Assembly: GCA_965223325.1 (NCBI GenBank)
Contig: CBDCWI010000001.1
Coordinates: forward strand, 896,001-960,000
DNA: 64,000 bases
Reading direction: 5' to 3'
DNA from: Candidatus Multivoradales bacterium
Lineage (GTDB): Bacteria; Acidobacteriota; Thermoanaerobaculia; Multivoradales; Multivoraceae
Each line of letters opens with the position of its first letter. The first letter of the stretch is position 1. The notes under the pieces were generated by a model, which made no database searches, was not told where the DNA came from, and saw nothing but the letters and a program-made list of their open reading frames with translations. The translations under genes were made by a program, and so were the position numbers. Of this stretch, positions 1 through 9,584 are shown piece after piece.

Positions 1-2
1 AA

Positions 3-1070
3 CACGCGGTGCTGGTGGACGGCCTCTCACCTTCCACCGCATTCGCGTACGGCGTTGGCACCGGCGGCGAGGTCCTCAAGGGTGGTCCGGATCACACCTT
101 CGAAACGGCACCCGTGCGAGGCGCTAGCGACCCGATGCGCGTCTGGGTCCTCGGCGACTCGGGAGCGCCCAACGAACGTGCCATTCCGGTGCGCAACGCG
201 TTCCGAAACTTCGCCGCGTCCGAGCCACCAGACCTGGTGCTCATGCTGGGCGACAACGCCTACGGTCTCGGCAAAGATGAGGAGTACCAGGCCTCGGTGT
301 TCGACATGTACACCGACGAGCTCGCTCACATTCCGTTCTGGCCGACCTTCGGCAACCACGATGCCGACAGCGCCAGTTCAGGAACCGAGAGCGGTCCCTA
401 CTACGACATCTTCAGCCTGCCGCGCCAGGCCGAGCTCGGCGGCGTGGCCTCGGGCACCGAGGCCTACTACTCCTTCGATCGCGGCAACGTGCACTTCGTC
501 GTGCTCGACTCGCAAGACAGCGACCGCTCAGCCAACGGCGCCATGATGTCGTGGCTCGAAGACGATCTCTCGGCGACATCGGCGCAGTGGATCGTGGCGT
601 TCTGGCACCACCCACCGTACGGCGGCGGCTCCCACCACCCGGACTTCGACGAGCGGTTGGTTGAAATGCGCGCCAACGCCCTGCCGATTCTCGAAGACCA
701 CGCCGTCGACCTGGTGTTGACCGGCCACAACCACGCCTACGAGCGCAGCCGGCTGCTTGACGGCCACTACGGCCCGAGCGGTTCGCTCCTCCAGTCGATG
801 ATTCTCGACTCTGGCGATGGCCGCCCGGGTGGCGATGGCGCGTACCGAAAGCGCACCAACCCGACTCCCCACGACGGAGCGGTTTACGTTGTCGCTGGTT
901 CCTCGAGTCGTGTCCAGGCCGGCGCCCTGCGCTCTTCGCCTTTGATGGTGGTTCAGGAACTGGTCCATGGCTCGGCGGTGCTCGACTTCGCCGGCAACCG
1001 GCTCGACGTGACCTTCGTCACCGACACTGGCTCGGTGCTCGACAACTTCACGATTCGAAAGGTGAACTAG
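3..1070 (+). CDS. Purple acid phosphatase-like metallophosphoesterase (5'-partial, begins before the window)
   Basis: Calcineurin-like metal motifs GDSG, LGDNAY, GNHD and GHNHAYER, preceded by an FN3-like 'purple acid phosphatase N' segment. The frame is open from the window edge. Confidence 0.85.
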   Translation, partial: HAVLVDGLSPSTAFAYGVGTGGEVLKGGPDHTFETAPVRGASDPMRVWVLGDSGAPNERAIPVRNAFRNFAASEPPDLVLMLGDNAYGLGKDEEYQASVFDMYTDELAHIPFWPTFGNHDADSASSGTESGPYYDIFSLPRQAELGGVASGTEAYYSFDRGNVHFVVLDSQDSDRSANGAMMSWLEDDLSATSAQWIVAFWHHPPYGGGSHHPDFDERLVEMRANALPILEDHAVDLVLTGHNHAYERSRLLDGHYGPSGSLLQSMILDSGDGRPGGDGAYRKRTNPTPHDGAVYVVAGSSSRVQAGALRSSPLMVVQELVHGSAVLDFAGNRLDVTFVTDTGSVLDNFTIRKVN

Positions 1071-1105
1071 AGCCGAGCAGGGCACCCCGCGCAGCCACCA
1101 TCCGA

Positions 1106-1472
1106 CTAGGCGAACATTCCGCGCAGCCGTGGCAGCGTGGCCTCGACCCCATCGCGGCACAAAAAGGGCAGACAAGACCGACGTATCCGAAGTGCCACAC
1201 AGTTAGTCCTCGGTGAACTCCTTGCGCAGCTCTTTCCAGTTGTAGATCTCACCGTTGTAGACCAGAACGCCGCGCGGTCCGACGAAGGGCTGGTGCGAAG
1301 CAGAACTCGGATCGAGCAGCGACAGCCTGTTGTGAGCACAGCCGAAGAACCCAGCGGCGTGGACGCCGAGATGGGAGGGCCCACGGTGAACCATGGATCC
1401 GGCCATCGCCGCAAGGTTGGCCGGATCTACCCGCTGGTCTCGTGGCTTTAGAAGAGCGGAGATTCCACACAT
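1106..1472 (-). pseudogene. asnB: Remnant of glutamine-hydrolysing asparagine synthetase (N-terminal Ntn glutaminase domain only)
   Basis: MCGI start, HRGP, HNRLSLLD, HQPF, NGEIYN; in-frame TAA at 1205-1203; then SDTSVL in the same frame; then a frameshift to LPRLRGMFA followed by TAG at 1108-1106. No synthetase domain follows. Confidence 0.8.
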
Positions 1473-1506
1473 GAGCTTCGGGCTGTTCCGTAGTCAGTCG
1501 AAAGAC

Positions 1507-2565
1507 TCAGGAATTGCGAAGACCCGCCAGAAGATACGTCATCTCGGAGAGGCTCGCCGCTTCGGTGCCTTCACCGCCGCTGGTCACCACGAGCCACCCA
1601 CCCGGTTTGCTGGATTCGCCTGCCGCGATGGCGCGAACCGTCGCGATCGGCGGCGAGCGAGCTGAGGTCTTCTGATGCGCTTGGAAGCCGGCGGCGCCGA
1701 TCGCGCGCTCCACCCAGGGCCTCGCTGGCCCCGTGACCTCGCAGATGACGACAGGTCCGCTGCACCCTCTCTTCAGCCGACCCGTTCCAGGCTCGAAGTG
1801 GCGTGGGTCCTCGTCTCCCAGAAACAGCTCTTCGAAGGCTCCCTCTAGACCGAGATCATACGGACCACCGACTCTCACCGCACCGGCTTCCGGCACCAGC
1901 CAGAGTTCGTCGGCGATCGCCAGCGCGAGGTCGAGCTGGTGGGTAGCCAGACATACAGCGCGGCCAGCGTCCGCCAACTCGCGCAGGAGCTGCCCGATCC
2001 ATTCCTGGTTCGGCGGATCGAGGAAGGCGGTCGGCTCGTCGGCAAGCAGGATGGGTGTCTCCTGGGCCAGGGCGCGGGCGATCAAAACCCGCTGGCGCTC
2101 GCCGTCTGAAAGGGTCGAGACCCGACGCGGGCCGAGTCTGTGCGCCTCGACCGTCGCCAGCGCGGCCTCAACGACCTCGAGATCCGCAGCCGTCATCTTC
2201 GTGCCCCAGCCGAGGTAGGGCAGTCTTCCCAGGCCAACGAGTTCTTGAACCGTCATGGCGCCCACCTGGATGCGATCGGTGAGAACCGCCGCAAGGTGTT
2301 GCGCCCGACGCTCGAGCGTACAATCGAAGAGCGCTTCACCCCCGAGCAGCACCTCCCCCGACAGTGGCGCCAGGATCCCAGCGAGGGTTCGCAGGAGAGT
2401 CGTCTTGCCAGCGCCGTTGGGACCGAGAATCGCAACCAGCCGGCCTGGGCGAAGCGTCACGGAGAGCCCTCCGACGACTGGCCGCTGCTCTTCTCTTCCA
2501 ACGCGGTGACCAGCCACCAGGCGGCGAGCTTCGAGGGGCATCGCGCGCTCGGACCAACCGGTCAT
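1507..2565 (-). CDS. Iron-siderophore/cobalamin ABC transporter ATP-binding protein (FepC/BtuD-like) with C-terminal extension
   Basis: Walker A GPNGAGKT, signature LSDGERQR, Walker B LLADEPT, H-loop. The ATG at 2565 overlaps the permease stop (ATGA). Confidence 0.88.
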   Translation of the reverse strand: MTGWSERAMPLEARRLVAGHRVGREEQRPVVGGLSVTLRPGRLVAILGPNGAGKTTLLRTLAGILAPLSGEVLLGGEALFDCTLERRAQHLAAVLTDRIQVGAMTVQELVGLGRLPYLGWGTKMTAADLEVVEAALATVEAHRLGPRRVSTLSDGERQRVLIARALAQETPILLADEPTAFLDPPNQEWIGQLLRELADAGRAVCLATHQLDLALAIADELWLVPEAGAVRVGGPYDLGLEGAFEELFLGDEDPRHFEPGTGRLKRGCSGPVVICEVTGPARPWVERAIGAAGFQAHQKTSARSPPIATVRAIAAGESSKPGGWLVVTSGGEGTEAASLSEMTYLLAGLRNS

Positions 2566-3608
2566 GGCATTAGCTCCGAACGCAGCCGCAGGAGGACCCA
2601 GAAAACAACTGGTCCACCCACCAGTGCGGCGGCCGCCTGAACCGGCAATGCGACGCCTGAGGCCGGAGCTTCGGCGAGAAGGCCGCAAGCGAGTCCGAAT
2701 GCGGCCCCCAGAACGAGCGTCGCCGGCACCAGCGCGCGGTGCCGTTGGCTTGCGGTCACGGCACGCGCGGTGTGCGGGATCGCGATGCCGAGAAAGCCGA
2801 TGGGGCCGGCAAAGGCAACCGCGCCGGCAGCGAGCAGGGATGCACTCGAGAGAATCAACAGGCGCGCCCGTTTCGTGTCGACCCCGAGAGTCTCGGCGTA
2901 GCTTTCGCCGAGCAAAAGGGCATCGAGCGATCTGATCGCGATCACCGCCAGCACCAGGCCAATGACAACGACCATGGCCAGCAGAAGAGTGTCTTCGAGC
3001 GTCGTGCGCGCGAAGCTACCGAACCCCCACTCGACGAAGGCCCGGGTGCGCTCGCGGTCGGCCAGATAGACCAGCGTCGTCACCACCGCACCGAGCACCG
3101 CCGAGAGCACCACGCCGAGGACCAGCAGCACCACGGCATCCCGCACCCGATAGGCCATGCGCAGCATCACCGCCACGACCAGCATAGCGCCGAGCGTTGC
3201 CGCACCGACCACGCCGAGAGTGCCGAAGAGACCTGGTATGCCAAACAGCGTGCCTGCCCCACCGCCGGCCAGCACCGCAACCGCCACCCCGAGACTGGCA
3301 CCCGAACTCACCCCGAGAATCCAGGGGTCGGCGAGAGCGTTACGGAACACGGCCTGCATCTGGAGGCCTGAGAGCCCGAGGGCGACGCCAACCAGAAGAG
3401 CCGTCAGCGCCCGCGGCAGCCGAAGCTCGAGAAGCACCGTGCGCGCGACCTCGCTTCCGCCACCTGAGAACACCGCCAGGATCTCCTGCAGTGGCAGCTC
3501 GGCGGGGCCGAGGGCGAGTGTCAGCAGGAACAACCCCAACGACAAGAGGCCACCGCCCAGCAGGACTCGGGCGCCCCTCCAGCGACTCGCTTGAATGGAT
3601 GAACTCAC
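2562..3608 (-). CDS. FecCD/BtuC-family ABC transporter permease
   Basis: ELRLPRAL, FRNALADPWILGVSSGA, LLLGESYAETLGV, GPIGFLGIAIPH; multiple TM helices. Start is approximate (GTG 3608). Confidence 0.9.
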   Translation of the reverse strand: MSSSIQASRWRGARVLLGGGLLSLGLFLLTLALGPAELPLQEILAVFSGGGSEVARTVLLELRLPRALTALLVGVALGLSGLQMQAVFRNALADPWILGVSSGASLGVAVAVLAGGGAGTLFGIPGLFGTLGVVGAATLGAMLVVAVMLRMAYRVRDAVVLLVLGVVLSAVLGAVVTTLVYLADRERTRAFVEWGFGSFARTTLEDTLLLAMVVVIGLVLAVIAIRSLDALLLGESYAETLGVDTKRARLLILSSASLLAAGAVAFAGPIGFLGIAIPHTARAVTASQRHRALVPATLVLGAAFGLACGLLAEAPASGVALPVQAAAALVGGPVVFWVLLRLRSELMP

Positions 3609-3813
3609 GGCGCCGCAGCCTATCGGTTCGCCAGTCGCCAACTGGCACGTCACCCGAGACTGAAGGCGTGCTGGCCGCTGTTCCTGGCGACCGACTACAA
3701 TCCAGGCTTCCTACCTCGCCGGACTGCGCCGGCGTACCACCCTTCTCCCGCTACAACCAGGAAACGCACTCGGCGTTGCCCCAGGAGCACGCTTGAGGAC
3801 CGCCTCGGCTTCT

Positions 3814-5520
3814 ATGCACGACGATCCCATTCTGCTGTTTCTCATCCAGGTCCTGGTGGTCCTGGCGCTTGCGCGCTTCCTCGGCGAGGTGTTTCGCAAG
3901 TTCAAGCAGCCGCCGCTAGCGGGCGAGATCCTGGCCGGCGTTCTACTCGGGCAGACCGTGCTCGGCAACCTGGCCCCCGGACTCTTCCACTCGCTCTTCC
4001 CGCACGAAGAACTGTCGCTGGCAATGTACGGAGTGGTCTCCGAGATCGGGATCCTCTTTCTGCTGCTGGTCGTAGGCCTCGAAGTGCACGTTGGTTCGGC
4101 GTGGAAGATGCGCAACCAGACGTTTACCGTCGCGGTCATGGGCGTCATGGTACCCCTGGTGTTGGGGTCTGGAGTTGCCTGGCTCGCCTATGACCAATGG
4201 GTCGAGGTGCCGACGCCGAGGTTGGCGTTCGCGCTTCTTGTAGGGGCTGGCGTTTCAATCACCGCGATCACCGTTGTCGCACGGCTGCTGTTCGACCTCA
4301 AGATCATCAAGTCGGACCTCGGCCTGTTTCTGATCTCTGCAATGGCGCTCAACGAGCTCCTCGGGTGGGTTGTGCTGGCGGTAGTACTCGGCCTGGTCAA
4401 TGCCGGATCTGCCGGCGGCGGTATCGACTTCACCAGTCTCGGCGGCACGATGGCGGGTGTGCTCGGATTCGCCGCCTTCGCGCTCACCGTCGGGCGCCAT
4501 CTCACCACCAGCGCACTGGTATGGATGCGGCGAGTGGGGCTACCGAGCCCGGCGACGCCGTTGTCGTTCGTGGTGTGTATTGGCCTCGCGGGTGGCGCGA
4601 TCACCGGCGCGCTCGGTGTGCACCCGGTGTTCGGGTTCCTATTAGCCGGCATGATGGCCGGCGATCCCGAGGCGCTTTCCGAACACACGCGTTCGATCAT
4701 CGGCCAGATGGTTGAATCGATCTTCGTTCCCCTCTTTTTCGCCGGCATCTGCCTGCATGTCGACTTTGCCAGCACCTTCAACCTCGTGCTGGTTCTCGCG
4801 GTGACGGCGCTTTCAATCGGTGGCAAGTTCGTCGGCGCGTGGTTGGGCACTCTGATGGTGACGATGCCGAGCGAAGACCGACTACCGGTGGCGATTGCGC
4901 ACGTCCCTGGCGGGCCGATGGGGGTGTTGCTCGCCAGCGTTGCGATGGAAGCGGAGGTGATCGGGCCGCGCATGTTCGTTGCGCTGGTGATCGCTTCGAT
5001 TCTCTCGGCCCTTGTCGTCGGCCCGCTCTTTACCTGGCGTCTCCACAAGAACGAGTCCGGCGACGTGATTGGACACTTCGCGCGTAACCGATTCCATTTC
5101 GACCTCGACGTCGAAACGCGAGAGGACGCAATCCAGCTGCTCGCCGCGGTGGCCGCAGACGCCACGCCGAGCTTCGATGCCGATGAGGTGCGCGAAGCAG
5201 TCAGGATCCGCGAGGGCACCTGGGGCACCGGCATCGGCAACGGGATTGCCGTTCCGCATGCGCGGCTGCCCGACCTCGCCCAGCCGATCGTGGCCGTCGG
5301 GGTCTCGAAGCAAGGGATCGAGTGGGACGCCGTCGATGACCGACCGGTCCACCTGGTGTTCGCGATTCTGACCTCTGACACCGAGCACGATTTCCAGCTC
5401 GAGATCCTGTCGCAGATCGCGCGCTCCTTCCGGGAGCCCGAGGCTGTTCGCCAGCTGGTCGATGCGAGTGACGTTGAGGTGGCCTGGGCGCGAATGCGCG
5501 CAGCGCTCCTGGGCCAGTAG
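3814..5520 (+). CDS. CPA2 (KefB-like) cation:proton antiporter fused to a C-terminal PTS EIIA (Ntr/Fru-type) domain
   Basis: QPPLAGEILAGVLLG, GLEV, SITAITVVARLL and about 12 TM helices; C-terminal 'REGTWGTGIGNGIAVPHAR ... GIEWDAVDDRPVHLVF' is an EIIA signature. Confidence 0.88.
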   Translation: MHDDPILLFLIQVLVVLALARFLGEVFRKFKQPPLAGEILAGVLLGQTVLGNLAPGLFHSLFPHEELSLAMYGVVSEIGILFLLLVVGLEVHVGSAWKMRNQTFTVAVMGVMVPLVLGSGVAWLAYDQWVEVPTPRLAFALLVGAGVSITAITVVARLLFDLKIIKSDLGLFLISAMALNELLGWVVLAVVLGLVNAGSAGGGIDFTSLGGTMAGVLGFAAFALTVGRHLTTSALVWMRRVGLPSPATPLSFVVCIGLAGGAITGALGVHPVFGFLLAGMMAGDPEALSEHTRSIIGQMVESIFVPLFFAGICLHVDFASTFNLVLVLAVTALSIGGKFVGAWLGTLMVTMPSEDRLPVAIAHVPGGPMGVLLASVAMEAEVIGPRMFVALVIASILSALVVGPLFTWRLHKNESGDVIGHFARNRFHFDLDVETREDAIQLLAAVAADATPSFDADEVREAVRIREGTWGTGIGNGIAVPHARLPDLAQPIVAVGVSKQGIEWDAVDDRPVHLVFAILTSDTEHDFQLEILSQIARSFREPEAVRQLVDASDVEVAWARMRAALLGQ

Positions 5521-5645
5521 GACTCGGGGCGTGCTCCGGGGAGGGTAGGGGGCCGGCCGCAAACAGTCTGAGGATCCTGAAGTTGCCGCCGCGCAGGCTG
5601 GTGCGCCCACCGGCGCGCGGCGCGTGGAATGTCCAGGCGCGCCAA

Positions 5646-5683
5646 GGTGGCGCAGGGTTGCGACGGTGGCGCACGGTAGCGAC
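5646..5683. repeat. Tandem 19-bp imperfect direct repeat upstream of the beta-helix gene (possible regulator sites)
   Basis: GGTGGCGCAGGGTTGCGAC followed directly by GGTGGCGCACGGTAGCGAC (2 mismatches). Confidence 0.55.
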
Positions 5684-5761
5684 CGCACGTTCTTGCACCT
5701 CTGAAACTTTGTTTTTCTAGGATTTCATAATAAAATCGGGATTCCCACCACGGCCCAGGAG

Positions 5762-7387
5762 ATGGCAATGCACCCCCCCACCCCGAGACCAGAGTCGCCA
5801 ACCCGCAACCTCAACCGGAGCCTCCTCTCCCCCTGGTGGTGCATGGCACTCACCGGGTGTCTTCTCGCTCTCACCTCACCTGGCTGGGCTGAAACTCTCA
5901 CGGTCGGTTCTGGCATGACGTGCGATCACTCCACGCTGGCTGCTGCCGTGGGCGCTGCGCAAACGATGGACATCATCGAGCTCGCGGCGGGCGACCACAC
6001 CCTGGCCGGAGAAATCGAGGTGAGCGGTGGCATCGCGATCTCGATCATCGGCGGGCACAGCGACAACTGCGACGGTAGTGAGCCGTCGGGTAAGTCGACC
6101 CTTCTCGCCGCTGAGAACGAACGAATCTTCGACCTGGCGTCGAGTAACGGGCTGCTGCTCGACTCCCTCATCCTCCGCAACGGTAATCCGACGACGACGG
6201 GTGGCGCTGTTCGGGTAGGCATGAATGCCACCCTCGATGCGCGCAACAGCGAGTTTCGCAACAACATGGCCCTCTGGGGAGGTGCAATCGAGGTGGTCGA
6301 CGGTGTCGTGCTGCTCGATAATGTCCTGTTCGATAGCAACCAGGCGGGAGATTTCGATGGTGGCGCCATTCGCTGCTTGCGGTCCAATATGACCATGCAA
6401 GAGGTCACCTTCAACCTCAATAGCGCCGACGCGGGCGGGGCAATTCACGGCGAGAGCTGCTTCTTCGGCATGGGTAGTGGAGTCTTTACCAACAACTCTG
6501 CGACCGACGGCGGTGCGATCGCAACCGACGGAGACTTTCCCCCGGGGACGTACCTCTTCGAGATGAACAATGCGACCCAGGGCGGCGCATTCTTTCTCAG
6601 CGACAGCAGCGCCAGCATCGGCGACTCGACCTTCAAGAACAACACTGCCAGCACCAACGGGGGCGCCATCTTCGTCGGCGATGCTCTCCTCACGTTTGCG
6701 GATGCCGCCTACAACAACCTGGTCTTCGAGGGCAACAGCGCCGCCCGCGGCGGTGCCATCTACGCTGACGAAGGCTCCAGTGTCCTGGTCGATAGGATCC
6801 GAGCCAAAGGAAACAGCGCTACGGAGATGGGGTCCTTTCTCCACGCCAACGCCGCTGGCTTCGCGTGGGTCGCGTCGAGCGTCATCACCGGGACTCCCGA
6901 GGGGGTCACCGTGCCGGTGATTGAGTTCGCCTCTGTGGCCAACGCAGCGATCTTTGGAACCACCATCGCAAGCCATCCGTCGGTAGATCCCTTCGTACGT
7001 GCCAATTCCACCACCGATCTCACTGTCAAGCGCAACATTTTCTGGGGCACCGAAAACACCGTCTACCTCGGCAACAACGTGACGACCGAAACGTTCGACT
7101 GCAACGTAGTGACCGAGACCGACTCGTTGCCAGTCGGCCACTCGAACTCGCTCATCAGCGATCCCGACTTCCTCGATCCAGACGGCAACTACCGGCTGTC
7201 GGTGGTTTCACCGGCCCGGGACCTCTGCGGGCCCGCTGCGATGGCCGACGGTGACGCAGTCGACATCGAAGGGCGCTCACGCACCGACGTCGAGATGGCC
7301 GATGCCGGCGCCTATCAGGACGAGCTTCTCTACGCCGATGGCTTCGAGATCGGGTCGACCGACGCCTGGGACAGTACAACGCCGTAG
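5762..7387 (+). CDS. Secreted right-handed beta-helix (pectin lyase/Pmp-repeat-like) protein with choice-of-anchor-Q-like region and C-terminal ADGFE tag
   Basis: Signal peptide (..SPGWA-E), many FxxNxA..GGAI repeats, 'DPDF..YRLSxxSPAxD..DxEGxxR..DAGAYQ', C-terminal LYADGFEIGSTDAW. Confidence 0.75.
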   Translation: MAMHPPTPRPESPTRNLNRSLLSPWWCMALTGCLLALTSPGWAETLTVGSGMTCDHSTLAAAVGAAQTMDIIELAAGDHTLAGEIEVSGGIAISIIGGHSDNCDGSEPSGKSTLLAAENERIFDLASSNGLLLDSLILRNGNPTTTGGAVRVGMNATLDARNSEFRNNMALWGGAIEVVDGVVLLDNVLFDSNQAGDFDGGAIRCLRSNMTMQEVTFNLNSADAGGAIHGESCFFGMGSGVFTNNSATDGGAIATDGDFPPGTYLFEMNNATQGGAFFLSDSSASIGDSTFKNNTASTNGGAIFVGDALLTFADAAYNNLVFEGNSAARGGAIYADEGSSVLVDRIRAKGNSATEMGSFLHANAAGFAWVASSVITGTPEGVTVPVIEFASVANAAIFGTTIASHPSVDPFVRANSTTDLTVKRNIFWGTENTVYLGNNVTTETFDCNVVTETDSLPVGHSNSLISDPDFLDPDGNYRLSVVSPARDLCGPAAMADGDAVDIEGRSRTDVEMADAGAYQDELLYADGFEIGSTDAWDSTTP

Positions 7388-7504
7388 TCGACGAGACGCA
7401 CCGAAAGCACCGACCAGCGCATAGGCCGGGGCGAGGGGTGCAGGCGTAGGGTGCTGGCGGAGGCCGAGGTCGATTCGTGCTCGTTCGGCGTCAGGTGGCC
7501 CAGC

Positions 7505-8155
7505 TCATCCCGGCCAGCGAAACAAGACCGCAAACGGATCTCCGTCGGGACCGCTCCAGGGCGCGACTTCTTCAACGACCTCGAAGCCGTTGCTGGTCAT
7601 TTCGTGGCGGAGCTGCTCGATGGGGATTCCGTGACCGCCGCGATCGAGATCGCCGTCGACGTCTCCCCAGTTCTTCTGTGGCGCGGTGTCGATGACCAGG
7701 ACCAGCGCGCCGGGTCGCAGGGCGGCCGCGAGACTCCGTCGCATCGCGGCGGGGTCGTGAAAGTGATGGTAGACCATGCGAACGAGCATCTTGTTGCAGC
7801 AGCCGGCGGGTAGACCGGTCGTCGCTTGATCGCCGCGGTGGACTTCGATCTGTGAGAGAACGCGGCGTCGAGCTCGCTTCTCGATCGCCTTGACCTTGCC
7901 GTCAGTCACCTCGGTCGCGAAGACCCGCCCCTGGGTACCCACACGCTGGGCGAGCTCGATACTCCAATCACCGTCGCCAGCACCCACGTCGGCAACCCGG
8001 TCGCCCGCCATGAGCTCGAGCATGCGGCCAACCGCATCCATCTCAGCCTGATCCGCCGCACGGGCATCGACAAGACCGGCGCCACACGCACCAACCACCA
8101 ACACCACAAAAGCGACCGAGAGAATCGAAAGCGGCCTTCTGGTCAAGAACATCAA
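7505..8155 (-). CDS. Class I SAM-dependent methyltransferase with N-terminal signal-like segment
   Basis: VADVGAGDG motif I, VYHHFHDP, LRPGALVLVID. Confidence 0.85.
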   Translation of the reverse strand: MMFLTRRPLSILSVAFVVLVVGACGAGLVDARAADQAEMDAVGRMLELMAGDRVADVGAGDGDWSIELAQRVGTQGRVFATEVTDGKVKAIEKRARRRVLSQIEVHRGDQATTGLPAGCCNKMLVRMVYHHFHDPAAMRRSLAAALRPGALVLVIDTAPQKNWGDVDGDLDRGGHGIPIEQLRHEMTSNGFEVVEEVAPWSGPDGDPFAVLFRWPG

Positions 8156-8232
8156 CGCCTCCTAGGGCTCAACACCGCAATACACCAACCAGCGTACCGC
8201 TCCAGCACCCACCAAAGCCCACCCAGTCCACC

Positions 8233-8311
8233 CAGTCGGGCCGACTTGCCAGGCCTCCCGGCCCCGTGTCGCCTCCCCCCAGAGTCACCGCCCCAGTCGG
8301 GGCGACTTTCC
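8233..8311 (-). repeat. Two REP-like palindromic repeats, left flank of the transposase
   Basis: + strand CAGTCGGGCCGACTTGCC (8233-8250) and CAGTCGGGGCGACTTTCC (8294-8311), both followed by AGGC. They match the reverse complement of the right-flank copies. Confidence 0.8.
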
Positions 8312-8510
8312 AGGCGGCGGGGCGGGCGGCGGCCTCCGCAGGCTACCCACGCCGCCGCAACCACCTCTCCACCCTCCCAAACTCGACGTCTACGCGGTCA
8401 AACTCCGCATCTCACCACCTCACTCCCTCCTCCAGACGTACCTCCCCCGTGTCCCGCCCATTCAGCAGACTCCTCGGCCCCTCGTCCGACCAACCGACCG
8501 ACTCCGCTAT

Positions 8511-9470
8511 TCAAGGGCCGGCACGCATCGCCTGCACCATCACGTATGGCAGCGGACTCGGAAACGTCCCCTCCGGGAACTGCGCCTCCAGATCTCCAGC
8601 CCGTTGACGGTCTCGCGCCCTCCGATGCGCTCGGAAGACCCAATCGAAAGCTGCCAGGAGCCGCGCCCGCTCCTCCGGGTTCCTCGCAATTACCCGAGGA
8701 CGGGGACCCAGTGTCATCGCCTTGGGTGTTCTGAAGGGACTCAAGCGAGACAACTTCCACTGACCCTGCGGCCGGGTACCCTCCCTCTCGTGACGCGCCC
8801 GCGTTTTCTCTTCGATCTCGACAATCATCTGCCGAACCCAGCCGCAGTACTCCTCGTCACTCAGGTGGTCGAAGCCGGGCAGCTTCGAGAGAAACACCGT
8901 CTCCTCGACTTTGAAGTCCTCCGCCGTCAGACGCCGACCAGCACGGGTCCGTTTCGCACGCCGAAGTGCCGTGCGGTCGATCCATTTGCCATGGAGCTCG
9001 AGGCGGCCGTCCCACAAGGCCCCGCCGGCGCTCACACCGGGCCACTTGCGCGGCGACGACACCAACCCCGCCGCGCAGCCCTGGGCCAGCACGTAGCGGA
9101 ATCGACGTGCGAGGTCTTCGGGGTCGCGACCGGGACAGGACGGCTTGTAGGGCGTCTCCCACTTCGGACCCTTCCAGCCTCGGAGGATCCGCAGTTCGAC
9201 GCTGGTTTTGTGCTGGACGTGATACATGAACTCGGCCATCTGCCCTGCGTCGCGGACACCTATGAGCATGTGGTAATGATTGACCTGGTAGTCCGGCAGG
9301 TAGATGCGGGTCCCGGTCAGGCGCTGGGCCCGTCCGATGATGCCCAGCAGGTTCTCTCGTAGCTCCGCGGATGGAGCGAGGAGGAAGGTGCCGTTGGTAC
9401 AACGGGCACACACCTCGACCACGGTCCAACCGCTCTCATCTGGCGGCACGTAGCGAATTTGGTGGCTCAT
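8511..9470 (-). mobile_element. REP-associated tyrosine transposase (RAYT-like, HUH/Y1 family), about 319 aa
   Basis: Likely ATG at 9470 (MSHQIRYVP). HUH motif NHYHML, catalytic-Tyr region RYVLAQG..AGLV.SPRKWPGVS. Flanked by palindromic repeats. Confidence 0.8.
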
Positions 9471-9584
9471 ACCTATAGAAGATGGTGAGACGCCGCGCAC
9501 ACTTACAGAATCGGGAAAAAACTTCGCTGGACCGCCTCGAAATCCGGCGGCCAAGCCCTCGCAGGCCCACCCAGACGATGACGT

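Noticed and set aside
3620-3790. Cobalamin riboswitch upstream of the FecCD/BtuC permease
   Set aside because: Only one hairpin resembles the model. The GGGAA, CCCGCAACTGT and B12-box elements were not found in the right order, so it is not called as a feature.
5648-5662. Sigma54 promoter TGGCGC..TTGC
   Set aside because: GG-to-GC spacing is 9 nt rather than the required 10.
4188-5801. Long antisense or alternate-frame ORFs (e.g. 4188-5801, 5876-7141, 24954-26306, 34258-35706, 61841-63010)
   Set aside because: They are shadows of well-supported genes, with no domain motifs and composition typical of non-coding frames in high-GC DNA.
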